Shown piece after piece: positions 19,204 to 28,884 of a stretch of 64,000 bases of DNA (the first letter of the stretch is position 1; each line of letters starts with the position of its first letter). The notes under the pieces were generated by a model, which was given only the letters and a program-made list of their open reading frames with translations, ran no database searches and was not told the DNA's origin. Where the stretch lies: positions 338,000-401,999 of the forward strand of contig CBDCBW010000015.1 of NCBI GenBank assembly GCA_965214485.1, written 5' to 3'. The translations under genes and the position numbers were made by a program. The stretch comes from Rhodothermales bacterium. Lineage in GTDB: Bacteria; Bacteroidota; Rhodothermia; Rhodothermales; JANQRZ01.

Positions 19204-19622
19204 GGCCGCTCATCGTCGATGCGAGCGTGGCCGCGAAGTGGCTCTTCGAGGAAGAGCACAGCGAGGCCGCCGGTCGGCTCCGGGCCTACGCCTTCGACCT
19301 CCATGCTCCCGACTTCGTGCGGGTCGAGTTGGTGAACGTCGTCGCCAAGCACGAGCGGCGGGGTGCCCTCACCACGGCTGAGGCCCTGGAGGCGTCCCGC
19401 CTCATTCTCGCGCTCCCGCTCCAGCTTCATGCGTGGCAGGACCTGCTCGGCCCGGCCTTCGACCTAGCCCTGGAGACGAAACGGAGCGTGTATGACTGCC
19501 TTTACCTCGTCCTCGCCGTTGCTCTCGATGGGACCCTCGTGACCGCGGACCGGAAGTTTCACGCCACGCTCCCTGGAGCTCATGCTGCCCGCCTGCTCTG
19601 GGTCGAGGACATTCCGGCCTGA
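19200..19622 (+). CDS. vapC: PIN-domain toxin VapC
   Basis: 140 aa. GTG start overlaps the antitoxin stop (GTGA). Motifs LIVDASVAAKW and YDCLYLVLA...LVTADRKF. Confidence 0.85.
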   Translation: MRPLIVDASVAAKWLFEEEHSEAAGRLRAYAFDLHAPDFVRVELVNVVAKHERRGALTTAEALEASRLILALPLQLHAWQDLLGPAFDLALETKRSVYDCLYLVLAVALDGTLVTADRKFHATLPGAHAARLLWVEDIPA

Positions 19623-19744
19623 CGCACACGCTGCGCCCGCAGCAGAAAGCCCGGCCCCGCCAACGCAACTGCGCAGCAGGACCGGGCTTTGCCGTTCAGG
19701 TAGGGGCGAGTTTCAAACCTGCCCCTACAACGCTTCCATCAACC

Positions 19745-19995
19745 TCACGCGATCAGCGGGGCGATGACGAGGGCCACCACCGCGATCAGCTTCACCAGGA
19801 TGTTCAGGCTCGGGCCCGAGGTGTCCTTGAGCGGGTCGCCCACGGTGTCGCCGACGACGGCGGCCTTGTGGACCTCGGTGCCCTTGCCGTAGGTGACCCC
19901 GCCGAAGGTCACGCCGCCCTCGATGCGCTTCTTGGCGTTGTCCCACGCACCCCCGGTGTTCGACTGGAAGATCGCGGGGCACGCCCGAGACCGCC
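19745..19995 (-). pseudogene. Remnant of the hppA 3' end (copy 2, about the last 78 codons)
   Basis: Track ORF 19745..20014 translates to ...[69 protein letters not shown]. This is near-identical to the HppA C-terminus encoded at 29898-30130. There is no N-terminal body. Confidence 0.9.
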
Positions 19996-20015
19996 CGCCC
20001 CGATGAGATAGCAAG

Positions 20016-20049
20016 AGGCCCTGCCGACGGCGAAGAGTCGGCAGGGCCT
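20016..20049 (-). terminator. Hairpin terminator downstream of the subtilase-like gene
   Basis: AGGCCCTGCCGAC-n8-GTCGGCAGGGCCT. The same hairpin recurs at 24725-24758. Confidence 0.7.
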
Positions 20050-20091
20050 CTGAGTCAGGACACCTGCTGGGTCAGAGCATCTGCTCCCGCC

Positions 20092-22551
20092 TTAGCGCAG
20101 CAGCGTCACCCGCTCTGTGCCGACGAAGTCCCCCGCCGTGAGGCGCACGACGTAGACCCCGCTCGGGAGGCTGCGCCCGTCGAAGCGCGCCGTGTGATGA
20201 CCGGCCTCGTGTGGTCCCTCGGCGAGGCGGGCGACCTCGCGCCCGACGAGGTCGTAGACGGTGAGCCGGACCTCGGCGGCCTCGGGCAGCGCAAAGCGGA
20301 CCGTGGCTCCATCGCGGAACGGGTTCGGGGCTGCGCCCGAGAGCGCGTACGCTGCTGGCAGTGACGGTTCGGCACGCGCCGCCGCCGTCTCTCCAGTTCC
20401 AATATCCTCTCCGTTTATGCCAGTGCCTTTGCCGCTGACGAGGTAGATGGTCCGTGTGGCTGAGGCTGTCGTGCCGTCGCTGTCGGTGACCCTGACGCGG
20501 AGTCGGAAGGTGGGGGGGCTGGTCTCCGAGATGCGGAAGGAGAGTTGGGAGCCGGTACCGGCCGCCCTCCAGATTCCACATATAGGATTGTCTGGGCCTC
20601 GGCTGGCTATTGCACCGCTCCCGAGGTGCTGAAGTCTCGTGGGCAGGCGATGGGGCAGCGGAGTCGCCGCTGATGCCGCAGCCTCCACGCCTGTGTCCCC
20701 GCTGCGGCAATAGGGGTTGCTGCCGGTGCAATCATCGTCGTCGCACTCGTAGAGATATTCCCAGATGTAATCGCGGTAAGACGGTTCCCCTCCACTAAGG
20801 CGAGCCGTCCAGGTGTAATGCTGGCTTCTGACGACCTCGGCCGGGCCTTCGATACGCACGCTCAACGGCGGTCGCGGGGTTACCATCGTGTAGGCCACCT
20901 CGTAGGTCTGGGGGGACCGGGGGAGGTCTCCATACTCTATGATCCGCCCCAGGGCGTCGTAGAAAGTAGCCCTCCAGTAGTAGCCCTCAACGTTGAACCC
21001 TGAAGCGTCCACCGAGGTGACGCTGAGCGACTTGAGGAGAAAGTCGTTCACGCTCTCGTAATGGTTGTCCTCGGCAACGATTCGCGTATCCGTCCCGTCG
21101 CTCTCCGCCCAGCGGGCCCACACGTCGGGGGCGCTCGACGGGGAGATGTCGCCGAAGTTGACGCGTCCGGTAAAGCGCTTGAGTTGCCCGGTCGCTCTGG
21201 CGAACGCACGCCCTTGCGGAGTGAAGTTGCCCCAGTTCGTGAGCGTGACCGTGCGCGAGTCCGCCGTCTGCGTGCTGACGTTCGAGACACCCGTAGCCGT
21301 TTTGTGCCGGAACACGTTGGCTTTGGCGTAGCGGAGCGCGCGTCCGGCGTCCACGACTCCGAAGCCCGTGGCGTCGTCGAAGCCCGCCGTGCCTACGTCG
21401 CGGGCCGTCCGCTGCAAGACCTGCTCAATGTCCTCGCCGGTGAGGTGAAAGCGCCTGGCTTTGATGAGCGAGGCGACACCCGCCGTGATGGAGGCCGCCG
21501 CGACGGTCCCGCCGAAGTCCGTCCGGTAAGCCGAGTTGGATTCGCCCGACGTAGCGACGACGTCCTTCGCCATCGCCGCCACATCCACGTAGGGCCGCCG
21601 CACTGTCTGATCCCAGACAACAGGTTGGTTGGCTTGGTTTAGCTCTACACCGCCGACGGTGACGACGTAGCGGTCGCTGAGCGCGGGAGCGTAGCTGATC
21701 CCGTCGGAGTACGGGCCGTGGTCCCCCATCGGCGCGACGACTACGTCCCCGTCCACGGTCACGGCGCTGGCCGTCTCAACCTGGAAGGCGCGGAATGGTG
21801 TCGGTGGGCTGGAACAGCCGCTCCCGAAGCAGAGGTCTCGGAAGAGCGTGCCGATGGATTCGCTAAGGCTGTTGACCGCGGGCTGAGGTGGATTCGTAGT
21901 GGGGAACTGCTGTGGGAGAGGGTTGGGCGGTGGGAAGTTCTCGGCGGCTATACCGGAGACGGCTCCTTGGCTGAGGTAGTCGTTGAAGAGGCCCGATGGG
22001 ATACTGTAGGTGATAAGGTGTACCTCCACACTGTGATCCTGTCGGGCCTGCGCCATGCGCTCGGCAAGCACCCCCTCACGGAAGCGAAACGTCTCGGAGC
22101 CAAGGTTGAGGAGGTGGCACTCGTCGTCGCCTGAGCTGCACCCCCCTGACTCCAGCAGGCTATACGTCCGTATGCCAGTCTGCCGAGCGACGCCCGCCAT
22201 ACCGAGGGCATTGTTGGTACGGGCTCCGGCGATGCCGGCTGCTTCGGTGGCGTAGCCGAGGCCGGGACGGTCCACGCCGTTGTCTCCGGAAGGCGGTAAC
22301 GCGCGCCCGTCGAGGTCTTCGTGCCCATAGCGGATGCCGGTGAGCGACTGTACGCCGATGCGGGCGTAGGGCGAGCCTTGCGTCACCGCCCACGCCTCGT
22401 CTACGTGGTGGACGTCGAAGAGGTAGTCCTGATCGCCGGAGATGACAAAGGGATCGTTCGTCTGGCCGTAAGCGACGCCCGTCGAGAGACAGAGCGCGAG
22501 AAGGAGGAGAACCGCGTGGCGGTAGCTGGAGTATGGATGTGATCGTGTCAT
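20092..22551 (-). CDS. Subtilase-fold (S8-like) secreted protein lacking the catalytic triad, with a Cys-containing Ig/PKD-like region and a T9SS C-terminal sorting domain
   Basis: 819 aa from ATG 22551 (MTRSHPYSSYRHAVLLLLALCLSTGVAYGQ). Aligns with paralog 24801..27344, but D->Q (IGVQSLTG vs AIIDSGVD), H->Y (GYATEAAG vs GHGTPVAG) and S->V (GGTVAAAS vs GGTSNASP). C-terminus ...VYVVRLTAGDFVGTERVTLLR is a T9SS CTD. Confidence 0.85.
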   Translation of the reverse strand: MTRSHPYSSYRHAVLLLLALCLSTGVAYGQTNDPFVISGDQDYLFDVHHVDEAWAVTQGSPYARIGVQSLTGIRYGHEDLDGRALPPSGDNGVDRPGLGYATEAAGIAGARTNNALGMAGVARQTGIRTYSLLESGGCSSGDDECHLLNLGSETFRFREGVLAERMAQARQDHSVEVHLITYSIPSGLFNDYLSQGAVSGIAAENFPPPNPLPQQFPTTNPPQPAVNSLSESIGTLFRDLCFGSGCSSPPTPFRAFQVETASAVTVDGDVVVAPMGDHGPYSDGISYAPALSDRYVVTVGGVELNQANQPVVWDQTVRRPYVDVAAMAKDVVATSGESNSAYRTDFGGTVAAASITAGVASLIKARRFHLTGEDIEQVLQRTARDVGTAGFDDATGFGVVDAGRALRYAKANVFRHKTATGVSNVSTQTADSRTVTLTNWGNFTPQGRAFARATGQLKRFTGRVNFGDISPSSAPDVWARWAESDGTDTRIVAEDNHYESVNDFLLKSLSVTSVDASGFNVEGYYWRATFYDALGRIIEYGDLPRSPQTYEVAYTMVTPRPPLSVRIEGPAEVVRSQHYTWTARLSGGEPSYRDYIWEYLYECDDDDCTGSNPYCRSGDTGVEAAASAATPLPHRLPTRLQHLGSGAIASRGPDNPICGIWRAAGTGSQLSFRISETSPPTFRLRVRVTDSDGTTASATRTIYLVSGKGTGINGEDIGTGETAAARAEPSLPAAYALSGAAPNPFRDGATVRFALPEAAEVRLTVYDLVGREVARLAEGPHEAGHHTARFDGRSLPSGVYVVRLTAGDFVGTERVTLLR

Positions 22552-22729
22552 GGTGGTACCTGGTCTGGAATAGCAGGGGACATCGTGGCATGTGGCCTCC
22601 GCTCCCACTGAGGCCGGGGCCGCCGCGGCAACGGCGTGCTCCGGTCGGGATCGGGGGCCTCGTTGGTTCAGGCGTGCGTGGGTCTCGTCATAGGCAACGA
22701 GTGGTTGGTTGGAAAGAGATGAAGCCGAC

Positions 22730-23800
22730 TCAGTAACCGAGACGGCCTCCGCTGGGCGGAGGGAGAGGCGGGAACACCGGTACCGAGTCCGGCAGCGCGG
22801 GCCACAGCACGCGCTCCTGCCCCGAGCCGAGGTCGTAGGCGAAGGGGATCCAGCGCGCTCCCGGTCCCCGGTCCACGTCCCGGATGAAGAAGAACGAGGA
22901 GCCGTCGGCGGCCCAGCGCGGAACGTTGCCGCCGAACTCCGTGATGCGCCGCACATCGCCCCCGTCGCTGTTCATCAGGAACAACTGGTCGGCGTTCTCG
23001 ACCTCGCGCTGGAGCACGACCGTCTCGCTGACCGGACTCGGCACAGCAAAAATGGTGTAGATGGAGTCGCTCGGCACGTTGGTGATGTAGCGCCACGCGC
23101 CGGTCGCGAGGTCGTAGCGCGCCCAGTTGCCGTCGTACTCCTCGAAGAGCGGGTCCTCCCGGTAGACAAACTTTTGTCCGGTAACGTAAGTCTCATTTCC
23201 ACCGAGATACGTTGCCTGCATCAGTTCGAGGAGCGGCCCCTCGATCTCACCCGTCTCGGTGTCGAGGATGTAGAGGCCCCGCGCGTAGGCCTGCTGATAG
23301 CCTGTCGAAGCCACTGAGACCAGCAGCCGTCGCCCGTCGGCAAACCACCCGCCCCAGGCAGCGTTCTCGAAGTTGAAGAACAGGCTGTCCGCTCCCGACC
23401 ACTGCCGCGTCTGGCGCGTCTCCAGGTCCAGCGTGTAGAGGTAGACGTTCAGCCCAACCACAACGTTGACGGCGAGGCGTTCCTCACTCGGGTGCCAGAA
23501 GACGCTGCCGGTGTTGACGCCGATGAACTCGGGGTCGCTGCCGTCGGCGTCGACGATCCAGAGCTGCCTGCGCGGGCTGAGTTGCTCGTCCGGCGTGCGC
23601 TGCCGCACGAGGGCGATGCGGCTGCCGTCGGGACTCGGCGCGAACTGCGTCAAGTGCTCGGTGCCAGGGAGGGCGTCGCCGCCGTAGTCGCCCGGCGCGA
23701 AGAGCGGCTCCTCCTCCGGCGGCGGAGCCACGGGCGAGGAGCATCCAGCCACTAGCAGGGGCACAGTGATGAAGCAAAGGAGAGACGGAAGAAGACGCAT
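22730..23800 (-). CDS. PD40/TolB-like beta-propeller lipoprotein
   Basis: 356 aa from ATG 23800 (MRLLPSLLCFITVPLLVAGCSS lipobox). Repeated SPDG/ADG-type blades (SPDGSRIALV, WAADGSSFFF). Confidence 0.75.
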   Translation of the reverse strand: MRLLPSLLCFITVPLLVAGCSSPVAPPPEEEPLFAPGDYGGDALPGTEHLTQFAPSPDGSRIALVRQRTPDEQLSPRRQLWIVDADGSDPEFIGVNTGSVFWHPSEERLAVNVVVGLNVYLYTLDLETRQTRQWSGADSLFFNFENAAWGGWFADGRRLLVSVASTGYQQAYARGLYILDTETGEIEGPLLELMQATYLGGNETYVTGQKFVYREDPLFEEYDGNWARYDLATGAWRYITNVPSDSIYTIFAVPSPVSETVVLQREVENADQLFLMNSDGGDVRRITEFGGNVPRWAADGSSFFFIRDVDRGPGARWIPFAYDLGSGQERVLWPALPDSVPVFPPLPPPSGGRLGY

Positions 23801-23909
23801 ATGGATCAGCGGGGGGGTAGGCGGAGCACACAACTTACCCATGTTCTACAGCGAAGTCCACCGAAAAACTTGGCATTTCCGGGCACCCTTTCCCACCGAA
23901 AGTCCGTGA
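23801..23909 (-). promoter_or_regulatory. Conserved intergenic region between the AraC-like and propeller genes (duplicate at 28417..28530)
   Basis: Nearly identical to 28417-28530 by eye. On the minus strand it contains TGGGTAAGTTGTGTG about 25 nt before the ATG, resembling a Bacteroidota -7 element (TAnnTTTG). Confidence 0.45.
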
Positions 23910-24263
23910 CTAACGCCCCTGCACCCGCCGTCGGTACGCCCGCATCGAGCACCCCACCTCCCGCTTGAAGGCCCGCGCCCCGCTGTCGGCTCGCGCCCAC
24001 CCCACCGCTCGACATACTTCGGCGATCCGCAGGTTCGTCTTGGCCAGTAACCGCTTCGCTTGCTTGACGCGTACCCGCCGGAGGTGGTCGATCAGCGCCA
24101 CCCCGGCCTCCTGTCGGAAGACCCGCTGCAGCGTCCCGACCGGTACCCCGAACGCCTCCGCTATGCCCTCCGGCCCCATGATCCGAGCGTAGTGGCGCTC
24201 TACGTAGACTTGAACTTCTCGAATATCGACGGACACGGCAACCAGGGTTTCTCCAAGAGGCAA
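23910..24263 (-). CDS. AraC-family HTH-only transcriptional regulator
   Basis: 117 aa. Two HTH units (GPEGIAEAFGVPVGTLQRVFRQ, IAEVCRAVGWARADSGARAFKREVG). No ligand-binding domain. Paralog at 28531..28884. Confidence 0.8.
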   Translation of the reverse strand: MPLGETLVAVSVDIREVQVYVERHYARIMGPEGIAEAFGVPVGTLQRVFRQEAGVALIDHLRRVRVKQAKRLLAKTNLRIAEVCRAVGWARADSGARAFKREVGCSMRAYRRRVQGR

Positions 24264-24453
24264 CCCTCATAGACACCCGAAGCCTGCAGACATAACCCTA
24301 TTAACGCAGATGTACAAAGCCCGGCCCTGCCGACGCGACTGCGCAGCAGGACCGGTCTTTTCCAGAAGACGGAGGACAGTAGACGAGAAACGGTGGTGCA
24401 GAGTCCGGCGACCGAGGTAGCTTTCCCAGCTTCGCCTGTCCTCTGTCCTCTGG

Positions 24454-24705
24454 TCAGGCGATCAGCGGCGCAATGACGAGCGCGACGACGGCGATGAGCT
24501 TGACCAAGATGTTCAGGCTCGGACCCGACGTGTCCTTGAGCGGGTCGCCCACGGCGAAGGCCGACGACGGCGGCTTTCGCTGATCGGAGATCAGCGTGGA
24601 CCTCGGTACCCTTGCCGTAGGTCACGCCGCCTTCGATGCGCCCCGCGTTGTCCCACGCGCCGCCCGCGTTGCTCTGGAAGATCGCGGGGCACGCCAGAGA
24701 CCGCC
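24454..24705 (-). pseudogene. Remnant of the hppA 3' end (copy 3, with indels/frameshift)
   Basis: TCAGGCGATCAGCGGCGCAATGACGAG...GGTCGCCCACGG aligns with the hppA end. A foreign insert lies around 24555-24600. It has the same upstream junction (CTGGAAGATCGCGGGGCACGCC) as copy 2. Confidence 0.8.
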
Positions 24706-24724
24706 CAAGCCGACGAATTGGAAA

Positions 24725-24758
24725 AGGCCCTGCCGACTTTTCGCTGTCGGCAGGGCCT
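24725..24758 (-). terminator. Hairpin terminator downstream of the S8 peptidase gene
   Basis: AGGCCCTGCCGAC-n8-GTCGGCAGGGCCT, a duplicate of 20016-20049. Confidence 0.7.
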
Positions 24759-24800
24759 CTGGGTCAGGACACCTGATGGGTCAGAGCATCTGCTCCCGCC

Positions 24801-27344
24801 TTAGCGCAGCAGCGTCACGCGCGAGGTCCCGACGAAGTCTCCGGCGGTGAGGCGCACGACGTAAACCCCGCTCGGGAGGCTCCGCCCGTCGAACCGCGCC
24901 GTGTGCCACCCGGCTTCGCGTGGTCCCTCGGCCAAGTGGGCGACCTCGCGCCCGACGAGGTCGTAGACGGTGAGCGTCACTTCGGCGGGCTCAGGAAGCG
25001 CAAAGCGGACCGTAGCTTCATCGCGGAAGGGGTTCGGGGCTGCGCCGTCGAGCGCGTAAGCCTCCGGGATTGAGGTCCCGCTCCGAGCCTCGGTTCCGTT
25101 TGCAACGGTTGCCCCACCGGAGCCGCCCCTCCCGCCGCTTACGAGATAGATCGTCTTGATGACGGTCTTTGTCGTGCCGCCAGCATCGGTAACGGTGAGG
25201 CGGAGCTTGAACGTATACACCTCGCTGCTGGGAACACGAAACGAGAGAGCCTGCCCACTTCCTGCGAACTTCCAGGTGCCGCAGTCAGGGACGTCTGGCC
25301 CTCGGCTGGAGATAACCGAAGCCGGGAGCCTCTCGGCGACGGAGGACTCCAGCGCCGGGGTCTTACCCCCGCCCGCATCGCGGCAGTAAGGGTTGCTCCC
25401 AGTGCATGAGTCGATGTCGCAATCGTAGTAGTACTCCCAGTGATAGGAGTAGGGCGCGGCCCCGCCGCTAGCGATGCCCGTCCAGGTGTAGCGCCGCCCA
25501 GCGGTGACCTCGGCCGGGCCGGAGATGCTCGCACTCAGCGGAGCCAGCCGCCCTACGACGGTAAAACCGAAGTCAACATCATCTGGAGCCGACGGATAGT
25601 ATGCGTTAATCTGTCGGCCTTGACTGTCACTCGTGACCCAGTAGACGTAGGTCTCGTAGTCGAACCCGGCAGTCGTAACGTTGGTGATGTTGATCCACGG
25701 TTCTTGGTAGAGAGGGTTGCTGTCATCCCACCCCTTAAGACGGCTCATCTTCGCCCAGACCTGGGGCGGCGTCTGGTACGCCCTCGAGAACGAGACGTGA
25801 CCGCTAACGCGGTACTGCCGCACGCCGTAGTATACACCGTTAGCGAGCGGACCACCCCCTGCGGCCCGGTAGAACGTGTGGGAGTGATTCCCCCATGTCT
25901 GCTCTACGGTTCCATCTGTTCGGGTGAAGTGCGTCACCGTGTTGGGAGCTTGGACGAATCGGAGCGCCTCGTAGGCGTTGACCCGGCCATCGCCGTACTC
26001 CGGGTGAAAGTCCTGTCCACCCATCGCCTGCACGTTGTCTGCCGTGCGACGGATGATCTCGCGGAGATCGTCGCCGGTGAGACCGAGGTTCCGGTCCCGG
26101 CTCTCGGAGAGCAGAAGTCCGGCGACGCCTGCCGTCATCGGAGACGCATTGGACGTGCCGCCGAACGACTCCACACCTCCGCCCATCCTGGTGGACGAAT
26201 ATCCTGTACCCGGCGCGACGACGTCGAGCGAGTTGCCATAAGCGGAGAAATCTGTTTTCCGGTCGTCTCGGTTACTTGCGCCGACGGCCATGACCATGTG
26301 GTAGCTGGCCGGTGGTTCGACGTAATAATCGTCATCGAGCCCGTTGTTGCCCGCCGACGCGACAATGAGGACCCCGCTCCGCCACGCGTTCGTGATCGGC
26401 TCTACAATCATGGAGCGGGGGTTACCATTGTAATCATAGGGGTCAGGGAAGATCGGATCGTCAGAGTCCGGGAAGGAGAGGCTTATGTTGATGATGTCAG
26501 CCCCCTCTTGGCGAGCGTAGTCGAAGCCTTGTGCCACATCGCTGAAAAGGTGCTGCCCGCTACAAGGACCTACGCGCACCGGCATCAGTTGGACATCCCA
26601 CATCACGCCGGCTACGTCGCGGTCGTTGTCGGTGATCGCCCCAACCACACCGGCGACGGGGGTGCCGTGACCTTTGCAGTCGTCTGGGTCATCATCGTCT
26701 TGGAAGAAATCGTAGCCCTGGATGACGCGGCTGCGGTCGCCGGGGTCGAGGTCGGGGTGCTCGTAGTCCACGCCGCTGTCGATGATGGCGACGACGACGT
26801 CGCTTCGCCCGGTCTGAATGTCCCACGCTTGCGGAGCGTGGATGTCGTTCCCCGGCGTCTGGAAGTTGTACAACCCCCACTGGTTGTCCGCTTCAAACTC
26901 GGGGTCGTCGGGGAAAGTCGCATTGGAATACATGTAGTAGTCCGGCGACGCAGCGAGAACCTCAGGTGCCGCCATCAGCTTTTCAGCGAGCGCTTCGATG
27001 TCAGTGCCAGCCTCCACTTCCAGGCGATACCACCGCGAGAGGTCTATGAGGTCTACCGTCTCCTCACGCTTCGAGGTGAAGAGGGTATCCTGCGGCATGA
27101 AGTCGCGGAACAGCTTGGTACCTGCGGTGAAGCGCGCCTGCCCAAGCGCCTGCCGAGCGGCGGGTACTGAGGAGAGGTCGGCGGCAGTGAGCGATGGCTT
27201 GACCTGGGGGAGCGCCTCCGGGGCGAGCTTCACGAGGACCACGCCGGGGGCGTAGCGCTCGCTGGAGGGCGTGGGTTGGGCGTAGGCGCTGGCTCCGAGG
27301 ATCATCAGGAGGCACAGCACCGTTGGAAGGGTCGTTCTCAACAT
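24801..27344 (-). CDS. Secreted S8 (subtilisin-family) serine peptidase with propeptide-like N-terminus, Cys-containing Ig/PKD-like region and T9SS C-terminal sorting domain
   Basis: 847 aa from ATG 27344 (MLRTTLPTVLCLLMILGASAYAQ). Intact triad motifs AIIDSGVDYEHPDL, GHGTPVAG, SAGNNG and GGTSNASPMTAG. T9SS CTD ...VYVVRLTAGDFVGTSRVTLLR. Confidence 0.9.
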   Translation of the reverse strand: MLRTTLPTVLCLLMILGASAYAQPTPSSERYAPGVVLVKLAPEALPQVKPSLTAADLSSVPAARQALGQARFTAGTKLFRDFMPQDTLFTSKREETVDLIDLSRWYRLEVEAGTDIEALAEKLMAAPEVLAASPDYYMYSNATFPDDPEFEADNQWGLYNFQTPGNDIHAPQAWDIQTGRSDVVVAIIDSGVDYEHPDLDPGDRSRVIQGYDFFQDDDDPDDCKGHGTPVAGVVGAITDNDRDVAGVMWDVQLMPVRVGPCSGQHLFSDVAQGFDYARQEGADIINISLSFPDSDDPIFPDPYDYNGNPRSMIVEPITNAWRSGVLIVASAGNNGLDDDYYVEPPASYHMVMAVGASNRDDRKTDFSAYGNSLDVVAPGTGYSSTRMGGGVESFGGTSNASPMTAGVAGLLLSESRDRNLGLTGDDLREIIRRTADNVQAMGGQDFHPEYGDGRVNAYEALRFVQAPNTVTHFTRTDGTVEQTWGNHSHTFYRAAGGGPLANGVYYGVRQYRVSGHVSFSRAYQTPPQVWAKMSRLKGWDDSNPLYQEPWINITNVTTAGFDYETYVYWVTSDSQGRQINAYYPSAPDDVDFGFTVVGRLAPLSASISGPAEVTAGRRYTWTGIASGGAAPYSYHWEYYYDCDIDSCTGSNPYCRDAGGGKTPALESSVAERLPASVISSRGPDVPDCGTWKFAGSGQALSFRVPSSEVYTFKLRLTVTDAGGTTKTVIKTIYLVSGGRGGSGGATVANGTEARSGTSIPEAYALDGAAPNPFRDEATVRFALPEPAEVTLTVYDLVGREVAHLAEGPREAGWHTARFDGRSLPSGVYVVRLTAGDFVGTSRVTLLR

Positions 27345-27513
27345 GAGTAGGTTTGGGTTGGTAGACCGAAGTCTGCTTGAGAGAGCATGAGACCCCGGCA
27401 GGCGGTGCGGCAGCGCGAGCGGTCCTGGCAGATCAGACTCGCGCAGTGACACCGGGCCTGTCGGGGGTTTTTTGTTGATGCGATAGGTACCTCGGGACCC
27501 GTAGGTGGTACGG

Positions 27514-28416
27514 TCAGAAGGTGAGTTGCTGTCGGTCGGAGCCGTTGGGAGCGATGCTCCAGAGCACCAAGCGGTCCTGTTCCGGCGCGAGCGCTTGGAA
27601 GACGATCCGCTGCCCGTCGGGCGTCCACGCCGGGTACGCCCCCCCACGCGCGAGCCGCACCAAGCGGCGCTGCGCCGAGCCGTCGGCGCGCATCAGCCAG
27701 AGCGCGAGCCGACCGTCGCCCTCCTGCGCCGCCCACGCGATGTGCTCGCCGCCAGGGCTGAGCGCCGGGTCACGGTTGTAGCGGAAGTCGTTGGCGGTGA
27801 GCTGCACGGGGTTCGCTCTGCTCGTGTCCGAGCGCCAGAGCTGGCCGAGGCCGTCGCCCTGTTCGTCCAGGAAGCCGAAGACGATCTCGTCCCCGTCGGG
27901 GAACCAGTCGGCGGGGCTGGCCCCGAAGCCGAACTTGGTGCGCGTGGTGTCGGCCACATTGATGAACCACAGGCCCACCTCTTCTTGGTTGCCCGAGCGT
28001 CCATAGGAGATCGTCTCGCCCGAGGGCGACCAGCGGGGGAAGAAGGCGCTGCCGTGGTCGGTGAGGTAGCGGAAGTCGCTCCCGTCGGGGCGCACCACGG
28101 CGATGCCGCCCGCCTTCACCGCCAGCCGCTCCCCATCGGGACTCCAGTCGGGACTCCACACCCCACCAGACTTCACGAGACTGCGCTCCCCGCTTGCGAG
28201 GTCGAACACGTAGAGGCCCGTCGGGTAGGCCTCCTCGCGCTCCGGCTCCGCTTCGTAGTGCCAGTAGGCGAGGCTCTTCCCGTCGGGGCTGACGGCAGGG
28301 TAAGCGTCTTCGGGAATGATGGGTGGCGCGGGCGTGGGGCCCCCGCCGCTGTCGCAGCCCATCGGGAGTAACAAGGCAGCAGCGACCGCACAGAAAAGAG
28401 CTAGACGAAAACGCAT
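27514..28416 (-). CDS. PD40/TolB-like beta-propeller lipoprotein
   Basis: 300 aa from ATG 28416 (MRFRLALFCAVAAALLLPMGC lipobox). Blades VSPDGKSLAYW, WSPDGERLAV, WSPSGETISY, WFPDGDEIVF, LSPGGEHIAWA and WTPDGQRIVF. Confidence 0.8.
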   Translation of the reverse strand: MRFRLALFCAVAAALLLPMGCDSGGGPTPAPPIIPEDAYPAVSPDGKSLAYWHYEAEPEREEAYPTGLYVFDLASGERSLVKSGGVWSPDWSPDGERLAVKAGGIAVVRPDGSDFRYLTDHGSAFFPRWSPSGETISYGRSGNQEEVGLWFINVADTTRTKFGFGASPADWFPDGDEIVFGFLDEQGDGLGQLWRSDTSRANPVQLTANDFRYNRDPALSPGGEHIAWAAQEGDGRLALWLMRADGSAQRRLVRLARGGAYPAWTPDGQRIVFQALAPEQDRLVLWSIAPNGSDRQQLTF

Positions 28417-28530
28417 ATTGACCGATCGGGGGGGGGTTAGGCGGAGCACACAACTTACCCATGCCCTGCAGCGAAGTCCACCGAAAAAACTTGGCATTTC
28501 CGGGCACCCTTTCCCACCGAAAGACCGTGA

Positions 28531-28884
28531 CTAACGCCCTTGCACCCGCCGTCGGTACGCCCGCATCGAGCATCCCATCTCCCGCTTGAACGCTCGCGTT
28601 CCACTGTCGGCTCGCCTCCACCCGACAGCCCGACACACCTCGGACACCTGCAACTCTGTCTCGGCCAAAAGCTGCTTTGCCCGCTCGACGCGCACCTGCC
28701 GGAGGTAGTCCGTCAGCGCCACCCCAACTTCCCACCGGAAGCTCCTGCGCAGCGTCTCGACCGGCACACCGAATGCTTCGGCGACCGCCTCCGGCCCCGT
28801 GATCCGAGCGTAGCGGCGCTCTACGTAGACTTGAACTTCTCGAATATCGACGGACACGGCAACCAGGGTTTCTCCAAGAGGCAA
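28531..28884 (-). CDS. AraC-family HTH-only transcriptional regulator
   Basis: 117 aa. Close paralog of 23910..24263, with the same first 22 residues (MPLGETLVAVSVDIREVQVYVE). Confidence 0.8.
   Translation of the reverse strand: MPLGETLVAVSVDIREVQVYVERRYARITGPEAVAEAFGVPVETLRRSFRWEVGVALTDYLRQVRVERAKQLLAETELQVSEVCRAVGWRRADSGTRAFKREMGCSMRAYRRRVQGR

Noticed and set aside
19745-20014. 89-aa ORF (and ORF 24200..24625) as independent small genes
   Set aside because: They are 3' fragments of hppA with no promoter-proximal body. They are annotated as gene remnants.
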